Shown: in pieces, positions 1 through 10,789 of the stretch
Position numbering within the stretch: the first letter of the stretch is position 1
Layout of the letters: every line of letters starts with the position of its first letter
NCBI RefSeq assembly: GCF_000181795.1
Contig: NW_003526944.1
Location: forward strand, 5,529,861-5,593,860
Reading direction: 5' to 3'
Length of the DNA: 64,000 nucleotides
Source of the DNA: Trichinella spiralis
Lineage: Eukaryota
Program-made: the position numbers and the translations under genes
Notes under the pieces: model-generated
What the model saw: only the letters and a program-made list of their open reading frames with translations
Told to the model about the DNA's origin: nothing
Database searches by the model: none

Positions 1-230
1 AAAATTTTCTTAATTTTCATCAAAGCTAATTTTAGGTGAACAATTTGTGTGCAAAAGCTTGCTCGAGTCATTTGAACCTCCATGATAGCAAGTGCAATAG
101 TGATATTTGAAAGACCCATATTCTACTAATAGACAAACAAAGCATACAGGGTGTATTAAATCAAACTCAAGTGTACGGAAATTTGGCGTTTATTAAGTCA
201 CTTATCATCTCATGTTGAGAATTCAGAGAA

Positions 231-660
231 AATATACTGAGAAAATATGCTCAATATCGATTCTCAATTGCATTGTCAAGTGATTACGACTTATAAATGA
301 AAAAAACTGCCACTTACCGCAAAATGCGCCATCTTCTCAATGATGATCTTCATGCACTTTGGATGTTGATTAAAAAATTATTTTTCAGAAATTATTCCAA
401 AAAAAAATAATGAATAAAAAGCAAATTTATTATTTGTGATTTGATATTGGTCTTCAGTTAATTTTCCAATCCAAACGCAGTGCTTCTATCCACGGACGGC
501 CTCAAACTAAAATTATTTCCAATATGTCAACAAAGCGAACGTCCTCGCATGCAAATTTTTATTCCATTCGTTTCTGCTGATAAATATGGCTACTGTATAT
601 TTTTCATTGCGCTTTATTTACTTAACTGATGCACACTGTTTGAGGAGAAAATTTTGAAAC
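231..660. repeat. Local segmental duplication block (copy at ~6316-6735)
   Basis: Near-identical text in both copies, e.g. gatattggtcttcagttaattttccaatccaaacgcagtgcttctatccacggacggcctcaaacta. Other spacer blocks recur at ~670-960/6940-7200/8890-9120 and ~1450-1700/7700-7950. Confidence 0.9.
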
Positions 661-1002
661 AAATTAATTTAATGACAGTTATTTCAAAATTCGAAAATGA
701 CAGTGACGTTTAAAATAAAGTCAAAATATAAACTATCTGACAAAAAACGCCATAATAGAACCATTGTCTTAGCCAAAACAAAACGCATGTCTTAAGTTTG
801 GATTTGAATATTCAAAAATGACCTACAAAAATGGAACTTATCGAAAAAAGTTTTTCACCAAAATATATAAGCACACTGCTTTTCTGTGCTGAAAACAGAA
901 TGAAGCAGACAAAAAATGTAATTTAGCAAATTTCTCTGATGTTACAAAATTAAAAAAATAATACAGTAAAACGATAATGAAGGTAAGCAAACTTCTTGTG
1001 TG

Positions 1003-1170
1003 AAAAAAATCCGCTGGAATACGTTCCGTCCAACTTGACGAAGCAAGCTGGTCATCCAGCAGTGTAACAACTGCTGTTCAGTAGGCTTAATAAGCCTGTA
1101 TCGTGCAATAGTGCACAATCGAGCAAGACAACCTTCAGTGGAATACGAACAAGCAGACGTTTCCACTGCC
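1003..1170 (-). ncRNA. Candidate structured ncRNA, array unit 1 (~165 nt)
   Basis: Minus strand: TATAAATA (1193-1200), 22 nt, then GGCAGTGGAA-ACG-TCTGCTTGTT-CGT-A-TTCCACTG hairpin and GGTTG. Further hairpins ATTGTGCA/TGCACGAT, AGGCTT/AAGCCT, CAGCAGT/ACTGCTG, GTTGGA/TCCAGC. Ends in T7 (1003-1009). Confidence 0.6.
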
Positions 1171-1761
1171 AATTAATATGAAACAATTATTCTATTTATA
1201 ATAAACGCTGCACATTATTACTATTATTACTGCCATTTATTTTTTATTTTGAATTCATATTTTTGAATACAACAGATTTAAAAGAGAAATGTTTATCAAA
1301 AAATCAATTTTGTAATCGAAATGAAAACGACAGGAGGAAACTGATGACGATTTGAGCATTTCAAAGCTTCAGAATGCTACCAGCAGTTGTGACATCTGCT
1401 GTTCAAACCTGATTTATATACGCAACTATTGATGAAAATGCCATACAACATATGCAAATTTGAAAATAGCAATGTAACAAAATAGACGAAATATAGATAT
1501 AATAAGTGAAAACAGTGGGTGCTGAGTATTTTGGCATTTTCAACAAATCCGAACCGGAAATTATTTGGATTCTTTCAGTTTATGGACGATCGTTTTCATA
1601 GTACACTGAAGCAAAAAGAAAACAATCACGTAAATAATAAACATAACTTTAAAAAACAAATATTTGTTAAAAAATGAATTTAAAAAAAATCAATTTAAAT
1701 TCTCATTCATTTTCGATCAATGCAATCAGTCTGATGGAATTCATCTATTTGGGATGTTGTG

Positions 1762-1957
1762 AAAAAGATGCCATCATTGTGATGATGCATTTGGCTTTTC
1801 TGGCCCATGTTCACGTAGCATAGCAGACAGCCTTTACACTTTGGTGCATCTGTACCAAATATGTTGGCAATTTGATATTGCTCTGCATACGAGTGGGCGC
1901 AGGACAGCAAATCAACCACCAATAAAATAATAAAGAACAAGCAAAAGTTTCCACTGC
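1762..1957 (-). ncRNA. Degenerate copy of the candidate ncRNA family
   Basis: GCAGTGGAAACTTTTGCTTGTTC...TTTTATTG-GT-GGTTGA. First stem pairs only through G-U wobbles; second stem TTGCT..CTGCG/TGCAG..AGCAA. TATA spacing disrupted; 3' end uncertain (T5 at 1762-1766 or T8 at 1682-1689). Confidence 0.4.
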
Positions 1958-2302
1958 AATTTGTGATTTTTATATTTAATATGAAGCCAAAATGCTATTA
2001 TTACTGCCATTCATATTTTTATTTCAAATCTCTTTGTTTGAATACAGCATTTTGAAAAATGAAATATTTATCAAAAAATGAATTTTGTTATCAAAATTTA
2101 AATTTACGTGCAGTATGAAATAAAAATACTGCATTCTATTATTATTAGCATAGGATTTTTGCTGTTCTTTGTGAAGCTTTTCTGAAAAGCTTAAAAACGT
2201 AAAGCGCCTGCTATACTGCAGCATGAAAATGAAAATATTTCATTTTATCATTTACATATATGATTTTTGAAATTTTCTGCATGAAATTTATTTGAAAGTT
2301 GT

Positions 2303-2509
2303 AAAAAAATGGGGTGGGGTGTCCGTTGGTCGTCAATTTCATTGCAACTTCTTCATTATCACTCATCAATTAGTAGAGCACTTGCAATGTTGATTGCAAT
2401 CTGGATTACGGAAAACATCTCATGCACGTCGTCCATTTGGGTACCGGCGCTACACAAATCGACACATCAACCATCAGTGGAGTACGAACATGCGGACGTC
2501 TCCACTGCC
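2303..2509 (-). ncRNA. Candidate structured ncRNA, array unit 2 (~205 nt)
   Basis: TATAAATG (2532-2539), 22 nt, CAGTGGAG...CTCCACTG stem (compensatory G-C versus unit 1), GGTTGA, perfect TTGCAAT/ATTGCAA hairpin, 3' TTTTTTTACAACTTT. Confidence 0.6.
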
Positions 2510-3573
2510 GATTGAAATAAAACATTTTTTCCATTTATAATTAAGAGTATGCAAATTATTGTTGCAATTTTATCTTTTATTTTCAACCTCTTTGTTTAAA
2601 ATTTTGCATTTTTATTTAAATAATTACCATTTAGATCATTAGACTTTAGTTTCAATGGTTTCAGTTCAAAGAACAGCAAAATTTATAGTTCTGTTCATGT
2701 ATTTTTCAGCAATATTAAAAAATAAAGTTTTCTCAAAATTGTATTACTTTACCTGAATACATTCAGAAATGAAGTTCAAATACATCCGAACCATTGATGA
2801 CGACATATTCGTTGAGATTATGTTAATTAAATTTCCATCGTTTGATATAAATCTTTCAACAATGTGCATATAATAAAATCGAGAAAGTGGCATGGGAGAT
2901 TATTTTTCAATTTCACAAATGTAAATTTTCAAATTCGCTATTAACAACATCAAATATTCAAATAATTATTGTTCTTGAAAATTGATTTTGTAATATAGAC
3001 TCCCTACAGTTGAAAATTTTTGTTTTACAACTTTGATTCAAACTGAACAATTTATTATAAAATGAAACCGAATATGCGTTGTTAATTTCATTCTTTTGAT
3101 GTGTCATTGAAAATTATTCATTTCCACTGATATAAATTATATGAAAAGTTCGTCTACAAAACTGCTGCGTCGAATAATCAAAAAAAAGAATTAAAATTGA
3201 CACTTGCTTAATATCAGTAAAATATGATTGAATGATTGAACAATTTTACAATGTGCTTATGCTTCGTTTTTTAATATGCATACCCTTTGAATGTGAGAAA
3301 CATGGCAATGGGATGTTAAAGAACATTTCTACCAATTCGATTGATTGTAATTGAATATTATATAAATTTTTAATTAAATAATATTGTCCTGTTAATTTCT
3401 TCATTTCAATATGAACAGTTTACATATTTGTTTGTCAGTTACTTCGAAATATGGATTCAAACAATCCATCGCCTTAGCAGTAATTATCGTGGCAAAAAAA
3501 ATGTCTGCCAGTTTACTGGATATGCACATTTTCACATTCGAATGAATTTTAAGTCAAAAAGCTGAATTACTCT

Positions 3574-3860
3574 TTCCGGATGATGAATAGCTGTTCGAAT
3601 GTGTCGAATTCCAAATCTATCTACGAATAATCTCTTAAAATTCCTGAGAAACAAAAAATATTGCATCGTCTGTGACAATGATCTCTGGCAGGCCATGTTT
3701 CGCAATTTCACACTGCATTATTTCAAATCTCAACCATACAGGTTTGTCCTTAGCTTAATTCAACTGGTGGATCACTTCATCGTTTCGAAGTATCCTCATA
3801 CCAGACCTACAAAATAGGGACCCACGGGAGACCCTGTATACCTTTTGTTTTCCATTTCTG
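3574..3860 (-). mobile_element. Degenerate Ty3/gypsy-type integrase fragment
   Basis: Manual minus-strand translation gives AKHGLPEIIVTDDAIFFVSQEF* and, after a frameshift, GIRHIRTAIHHPE. These match the rve integrase motifs (ARHGLPE.IVSDNG..F.S.EF and GI.H..TAPYHP). Stops and frameshifts present. The 3712-3850 part is duplicated at ~8300-8450. Confidence 0.65.
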
Positions 3861-5388
3861 CTTCATGTCGCCCGCATCTTCATTATTTTTCGAATCGATT
3901 AAAATACGAAACATAAAATCAAATGCTCACCTTCCTAAGCAGTAAAAATTGTAAATATTATGTTAATATTAAAATCATATCCTCAAAAGTAACGTATCAG
4001 TGCTTTTCAATTAAACAGAAATTTCATAAAATAAAATCATTACAGACTCAACATCAATATTTCATTCTTAACGTGAAGATATAACGATAACATGAAAAAG
4101 AATGCCGCTTTTCTGAATAGGCGCCTCCTCATCTATCAACTCCATCTCGTTCTTCCAGTGCATTTCTAAATGATAAAGAATTATTTTCAGATAATTGAAA
4201 TAAATAATAAACAAAATAATTATCTGCATAATGGATGCTCATTCCGCTTTCCAGTGATTTCTCGTATTTGTTCAGTCAGCGCATATCGCTAACCTACAAT
4301 TCATTCAAATGAAACTCACTGATTGACAGTAGCCTAATCATATTATTGCACAGCCACGTCAGCGAAGCGAACAAAGCGCCCTGCTACTGGTAACACTAAC
4401 GTTTACAAGAAAACTAATTTGCATAATTGTAAAACAACCATAACGTAGTGTTATTCAACCTTGCCTAAGTGCTTTAAAATGGAAAACATAATTCGTTTTA
4501 AAATTGGAAAATATTCTCTCATTTACCTCTATCACGCCAATCACAAAATTGTGGTTCAAAAAAAGCAAAAATAAACTCCTCATTTTGAGAAAAAAATTTG
4601 AGAAAAAATCAGAACTGCTGGACAGCGTTCAAAGGAGACATCAAGTAAAAACTGTAACCCAGATCAAAATTGACTCGGCTTTGGTTATCGGAAGGTTAAT
4701 GAATCGTCGAAATTTAGAGATCATTATTACCGTCTTGTCTCTTTATTATTTTCATTATTGACAACGAAACATAAAATGTTGAAAGTTTTAATGAGTGCTG
4801 ATTGCTGAATTCAATGATCAAATAGTAAAGTGAGCAGCAATAATACAGCCAGCATATTATTTTTATATATCTGTGTATAAGAACATAGATTCAAAATGGA
4901 TCAACAATATTTTGGTCATATTTTGAACATATAATAAAGGATAAGTTTAAAAAGTTAAATATACTTTTATTTTTTACAATTCTCTCCGGTCATTTGCTAC
5001 ATAATCAATTTCTGTTCCAGCCCAATTAGAACGTCTACAACGATGACAACTAGCTTGCTTACATAACTTTTGAATTTTCCCGCTACCGTTATATCATACA
5101 CTTAACACTCAATCTTATTAATTTAACTGAACAATACATCCTATACCAGGTGTAGAATCACTAAAAACTAAAAACAGCAAATAAAAAAACATCCAATAAC
5201 AGTAGACCCATAACTGTGCATCAGTAAAATTCTCATCGACCATAACACTAGTCTATCAATCGACGAAAAAGTAAATAAATCAAAATTTCATACTTTTCGA
5301 GAGAAAAAATTGTTTAACAGAAAAAAACTATTACAAAAATATAATAATGCATATTAAAATCTAAGTGCAAAAATAATTACCTCCTCTG

Positions 5389-5638
5389 AAAAATTTCAAT
5401 GCCATTGGTGTTGGACGTTCACAGCAATTATGTTACCATCCTTGCATATTACACATGGTCATACGTTGTTTCATCCGACTTGTTGCAAAAGCACTGGACC
5501 ATCAATGGAGAAGTCATCCGTATGAGATGGAATCAAAAGTGATATCACATGGCATCGCGTATTGTTCACTTTGTAAGAGTGCACAAACCACCAAATCAAC
5601 CTCCAGTGGAATACGAACAAGTGGACGTTTCCACTGCC
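5389..5638 (-). ncRNA. Candidate structured ncRNA, array unit 3 (~250 nt)
   Basis: TATAAATA (5661-5668), 22 nt, conserved 5' hairpin, GGTTGA, second stem TTGT-G-CACT/AGTG-A-ACAA. Nested stems TCATACG/CGTATGA, GACTT/AAGTC, ACCAT/ATGGT, TGCCAT/ATGGCA. T5 at 5389-5393. Confidence 0.6.
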
Positions 5639-5875
5639 AAGTATTATAAAATAATTATTATATTTATAATAGCACTTAAACATTATTATTATTATTGTTA
5701 TTTACGTTTTATTTTTAATTTTATTTATGTGAATACGACATCTTGAAAAAGGAAATATATATTTTTTTTAATACCAAAATTTAAATTTTCGTGCAGCATG
5801 AAAATAAAAAATTGTATTCTATTATTAGCATAGGACGTTAGCTATTTTCTGTATGTAGTTTATTTAAAAAGTTGT

Positions 5876-6060
5876 AAAACGGTGAGGGGCTGCTTGCCTT
5901 CCTCCATTACTTTGTATTCTTTAGGTTAATTTTTGACTACGGATAGACGGATAGATAGGCGGAGAAGCTCGAGCTGTTTGATTCTTCAATTACTGATGAA
6001 GGTACAAGAATCACCGCATCAACCACAGTGGACTACGAACAAGCGGACGTCTCCATCGCC
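5876..6060 (-). ncRNA. Candidate structured ncRNA, array unit 4 (~185 nt)
   Basis: TATAAATA (6084-6091), 23 nt, GGCGATGGAGACGTCCGCTTGTTCGTAGTCCACTGT, GGTTGA, stem TGATTCTT/AAGAATCA, 3' TTTTACAACTTTTT. Confidence 0.55.
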
Positions 6061-6315
6061 AAGTGGAATAAAACTTTTTTTTATATTTATAATGAAGTAT
6101 ACAAATTATTATTGCCATTCATTTTTTTATTTTAAACATTATGTTTGTTTAGAATTTTATTATATTTTTATTCAAATACTTACCGTTTATATATATTGAA
6201 ATGATTAATATCATATAAGCACAGTTTTGTTTTTGATAAAACCTTTTTTATAAATAAAAGTGTGAAAATAATAAAACTGCAACATCTTACGGAAAATTGA
6301 AAGTGCATGTTTGTC

Positions 6316-6735
6316 AATATACTGAGAAAATATGCTCGATATCGATTCTGAATTGCACTGTTAAGTGATTACGACTTAAAAATGAAAAACTGCCACTTAC
6401 CGCAAAATGCATCATCTTCTCATTGTTGATGTTCATACTGTTTGGATGTTCATTGAAATATTATTTTTCAAAAATTATTCCAAAAAATAATAATGAATAA
6501 AAATCAAATCTACTGTTTGGCATTTGATATTGGTCTTCAGTTAATTTTCCAATCCAAACGCAGTGCTTCTATCCACGGACGGCCTCAAACTAAGATTATT
6601 TCCAATATGTCAATAAAGCGAACGACGTCGCATGCAAATTTTTATTTTATTCATTTCTGCTGATAAATGTGGCTAGTACATAGTTTTCATTGCGTTTATT
6701 TACTTAACTAATGCACTCTGTTTGAAAAGAAAATT
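6316..6735. repeat. Second copy of the 231-660 block
   Basis: Direct visual alignment with 231-660. Confidence 0.9.
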
Positions 6736-9109
6736 TAATTGTAGCTTTGCCGAACATATAAATACTTCTTATTACAGAAACTATCATTTGATCTTTATTA
6801 CCAAGCATATTCTAAATACTAGAAATAATATAAATATAAGAAATAAAATGCATGCTCATTTAATATTATATGGTGACTGGCAAAAGGTCAGAAAAAGTGA
6901 TGCTTTGGGGAAAGAATTCAAATAAAATGTCAAATTATACGAATGACAGTTATTTGAAAATTCAAAAATGACCTTGAAATTTGAAATTACGTCAAAATAT
7001 AAACTATCTGACAAAAATACGCCATAACAAAAACATTGCCTTAGCCAAAACACGCCTCCGCATATCTTAACTTGAATTTCAAATTTCAAAAACGACCTAT
7101 ATAAATAAAACATTGCAAAAAATAAAAAGTATATGGCTGCGCATTCTGACAAACAAAATTAATCGGAGAAAAAGTCTTTGATGATGTAGAATAAAAAATT
7201 AATATTAAGTAATAATAAAGTTTAATAATTTATGGTATAGAAAACAATGATTTTTCTTACATGCATAATAGAAATCACTCGGCTTGGTGATGCTAGATCA
7301 GTTGAGTTCACATGGAAATTCAACGCCATTTGCAAGTGTAAAGTGTAAATTGAAAAATTGAACGTATTCTACAGTTACACCAGGATAACTGCAGAAAATG
7401 AAAAAATTGAAATGTTAATAATTTCAACCTTCAACTGCATATAATTGAAAAGTTTCTGATGATTATGATTATTAAACTAACGTCCAGTCGACGATCAAAA
7501 ATTTGCATGAAAATTCTGGTAAACATGTTAAAGTTTGTTTACTTTGCAGCTATGGCTCACCACAAGCCTGAACATTTAATATATGCATAATACTTCATCT
7601 AGTTTGACTTTTTTTCAGCAATTCAATGATATTTATTGTTTACGAATAATGTAATAATCACTGTGGTAAAGTTTTGCACAGTTTGTAATTGATGATGCAC
7701 ATATGCAAACATAAAATAGCAACGTAATGATGTGGATGATGTAACGAAAGAAATAAATCAAATGAATGGATGTTGGCCATTCTAGCATTTTGAACAATTT
7801 AAGACTGTGATTCCTATAAATTCTTTCAATTTATGAATGACAGTTTTCTTAAAACACTGAAACAAAAGAAAAACAATCAAATGAAGTAAAGATTATTTTT
7901 GATAAACAAATATTTGCCAAAAAATGAATTTTAATATAATTTAAATTCGTACGTTTCATAAAAATAAAACGATTGCCTTTTATTATTAATTTATGATATT
8001 AGCTGTTCTGCATTTTCCATTTGAGATGTTGCAAAATAGGTGTTAGCTGAATAAATTGCTGCCCATTTATATGCACCTTTTGGGACCCCATATAGCAGAC
8101 AAGCCCTCAGTGTTGCTCAACATAGATTGGAACAAGTCAAGTTTGAATGAATGGGTTTGAAAAATTAAAATGAAAAGAATCTACTTTGGAAAGTATTGAA
8201 AACAAAACTAAATGTAAAATGTGAAAAAAGGAAATCAAAAATTAGAAAATGAACGAAAATGAAAAGTTGGATACATAAATTTTGCTGCGTGAATGACCAA
8301 GTACTGCAATAATTCAAAACTCAGTTATGCAGGTTTGTCGTTAACTAAATTAAACTATGGGATAACATCACTCTTTTGAAGTATCCCAAGCCCAGACTTA
8401 CAGAATGGGGGACCCACGGCGGAACCGCATATTCTTCTTGTCTTCACTTGTTCTGCTTGTCTTAATGAACGTTAGCATAAAGATTATGTATAGAGAGTTT
8501 CCAGTAGCTTTCAGAAAAATGTATTATTTACAACAATAAAAATACCGAGTTCATTAGTTACTAAACGCAGTGAATAAATTCAGAGAACTTTTTACGACGC
8601 TACCAGTTGCCACCTAAATCGAACATACCTGCGCACCATTAATGATGATAAGGCAATTTTCAATCGACCCTTATTTGCATAATGGAGCGCTAGAAAATAG
8701 CATTGGAAATTATTTTTGACTATGAATTCCAATGGAATGCTGATGCAATATAAACAATAAAAATTCATGTGCAATGAACGGATAATCCGGCGTATGCATC
8801 GCATTATTGGAATAGAATAATTTCAAATGCTTTGAAAGAAGAATTGAGAAGCATTATTAAATTCACCCAATGAGGACAATTTAAAAGCGCTGTCTCGCTG
8901 AACGCCACAACAACAAAATGACCCAGACAAAACACGCCCTCGAATGTCTGAATTTCAGATTTGAAAATTCAAAAATGTCCCACATAAATGGAATTTATAT
9001 CGAAAAGCTTTTCACAAAAATCTAAAGACTCTGGCTTCTTCTTTTGAAAAAGAAAATTTACCAGACCATAAAAATGTAATTTACATAATCTCTTTGTTGA
9101 TGCAAAATT

Positions 9110-9342
9110 AAAAAAAAAATCAAAGTGATGAAACACTAGTGAGCCATCTGCCTGATCTGTGGCGGGAAATATCCCTCGATTTTCAAGCGAGAGATATTCA
9201 GTTGCTTAACAAATTTCAGAAAGTATGCATTGGGGACAATGCATACACGTGATCTTGGCAACGTTCGGTACACCTTGTAAGAGTGCACCAACCAACAAGT
9301 CAACCACCAGTGGAATACGAACAAGCGGACGTTTCCACTGCC
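9110..9342 (-). ncRNA. Candidate structured ncRNA, array unit 5 (~225 nt)
   Basis: TATGAATA (9365-9372), 22 nt, conserved 5' hairpin, GGTTGA. 10-bp stem 9265-9291, perfect 10-bp GTATGCATTG/CAATGCATAC (9223-9246), 11-bp stem 9168-9198. T10 at 9110-9119. Confidence 0.65.
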
Positions 9343-10224
9343 AAGTGGAGTGAAATAATTTTCATATTCATAATTAAAGCAAAATATTATTGCTCATGAT
9401 ATTTACTGTTGATAATTATTAGAAACATATGAGAGAAGAAATCACATATCAAAAAATTAATTTGATAATGAAAATTTAAATTTACTCCCAACATGAAAAT
9501 AAAAATATTTCATTATTTATGTATATGATTTTCTTTTGCTATTTTTTGGATGAATTCTATTTGAAAAGTTGTAAAAACGGGGAGTGATCGCATTTTGATC
9601 GAAAGACATTGTTACTGGATGATTGGGATCTTGGCATTGATTTCATATCATTAAAAGGTGTTGAATGAAGTAAATCATAACAGATTTAATAATTTTGGAA
9701 AATATAACAAGCAAATGAATAAAGCGTGTATATAAAAGTCAACAAGAAGTTACAACATTATCTTTTTTTCCTTTGATATAAATGATGAGCATTGGAACAG
9801 AAGAGCAAACTTTATTAATAAAAAGCAGTTTTGGATAATGTTCTGTATGGGCTTTGCTTCGGCTGAAAAGGCTTTTCGCAGCTTTTCAGAAAACAGAAAA
9901 TCCCACAAAATTTCAATATTTTTAGAGAACATTTTTTCCGTACAAAAATCACTTGAATCTATCAGAAAGGATTATGCAACTATTGCAAACATATCCGTAC
10001 CGTGTTTTAGTGTTTAACGTTCGAGAAATTGCGGAAAAAATAATGGAAACACCATTCCAATATCTTAGCACTCAAATTACCAAGTAAAATTTATCTAGAA
10101 CCATCCCGCTTAAATTGAATCACTTTAATTGCTTCTTAATTAAAAGATTATTATTTGTAAAATTAAAATGCAGCATTTTGAAAAAATGTAACAATTAGAA
10201 AAATGAGAATAGTTTTCAGCAATT

Positions 10225-10434
10225 AAAACGGACTTTATTAGTTACTGAGGGCCGTAAATAAAGTCAGAGAATGCTTCATATGGCTACTACTTGCCACATA
10301 AATCAGTAAAAAGAGGTATTCATTTCATCATATGCTAATTCTGAAGTGCCAGCCAGTTTGTTCACTTTGTAAGAGTGCACAAACCACTATATCAACCATC
10401 AGTGGAATACGAACAAGCGGACGTCTCCACTACC
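10225..10434 (-). ncRNA. Candidate structured ncRNA, array unit 6 (~210 nt)
   Basis: TATAAATA (10457-10464), 22 nt, GGTAGTGGAG...TTCCACTG hairpin (G-U wobbles), GGTTGA, GTTTGT-G-CACT/AGTG-A-ACAAAC, ATGTGGC/GCCATAT, terminal 9-bp GACTTTATT/AATAAAGTC (10231-10265), then TTTT. Confidence 0.6.
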
Positions 10435-10665
10435 GAATTTTATGAAATAATTTTCATATTTATAATTAGAACAAAATATTATTGTTTTTGCTTTTATCAT
10501 TGATTTTTAATAAATTTGTTTGAATACAATATATTAAAAAAGAAATATCTATGAAAAAATTAATTTTTCTATGGAGATTTAAGTTTATCTGCAGCATCAA
10601 AATAGATACATTCCATTTTATAATTAATATGTGATTTTTGCTATTTAATATATGAATTCTGTTTG

Positions 10666-10789
10666 AAAAGTTGTGATGCGTAGGGTGGCTGCATTTGAAC
10701 TCTACTTCCAGAATTCAAGTGGTTGCATGAGTATTTTTTTGTTCTGCTTTATCCACTCCGCTTCTGATGTAACGGACGTCGCCAGTGCT
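10666..10789 (-). ncRNA. Divergent member of the candidate ncRNA array, unit 7 (~120 nt)
   Basis: Same upstream flank, TATAAATA (10812-10819) and 3' ACAACTTTTCAAA flank as the other units; retains GACGTCCG. Own hairpins TCCGTT/AGCGGA and TTGAATTCT/AGAGTTCAA. Confidence 0.45.

Noticed and set aside
1125..1172. miR-34-like miRNA (TGGCAGTG seed) in the conserved head
   Set aside because: The hairpin is only ~35 nt with an ~11-bp stem, too short for a pre-miRNA.
1135..1172. tRNA or tRNA-derived SINE (TGGCAGTGG and GTTCGTATTCC resemble A and B boxes)
   Set aside because: Both boxes are imperfect and only ~12 nt apart; no cloverleaf, poly-A tail or TSD; copies share their flanks, indicating tandem duplication rather than retroposition.
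2465..2509. Hammerhead or HDV-like ribozyme in the conserved head (GAAAC…GUA, CUGAUGG; UCC loop plus GG)
   Set aside because: CUGANGA and GAAA are not conserved across copies and there is no room for stem I; no P2 strand for an HDV fold.
3737..3845. H/ACA snoRNA-like hairpin followed by ACAnAA, duplicated at ~8330-8435
   Set aside because: It lies within or directly against a decayed gypsy integrase fragment, and the second hairpin/ACA box is unconvincing. Not fully excluded.
942..10440. Family of small peptides containing QPSVEYEQADVSTA (+) or LFVFHW…VHSYKV (-)
   Set aside because: No shared start, stop or splice sites; stops and a 1-nt indel differ between copies; substitutions track base pairing rather than codons.
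1003..10789. CRISPR array (constant repeat plus variable spacer)
   Set aside because: Eukaryotic context, irregular 0.4-3 kb spacing, a separate TATA per unit, no cas genes.
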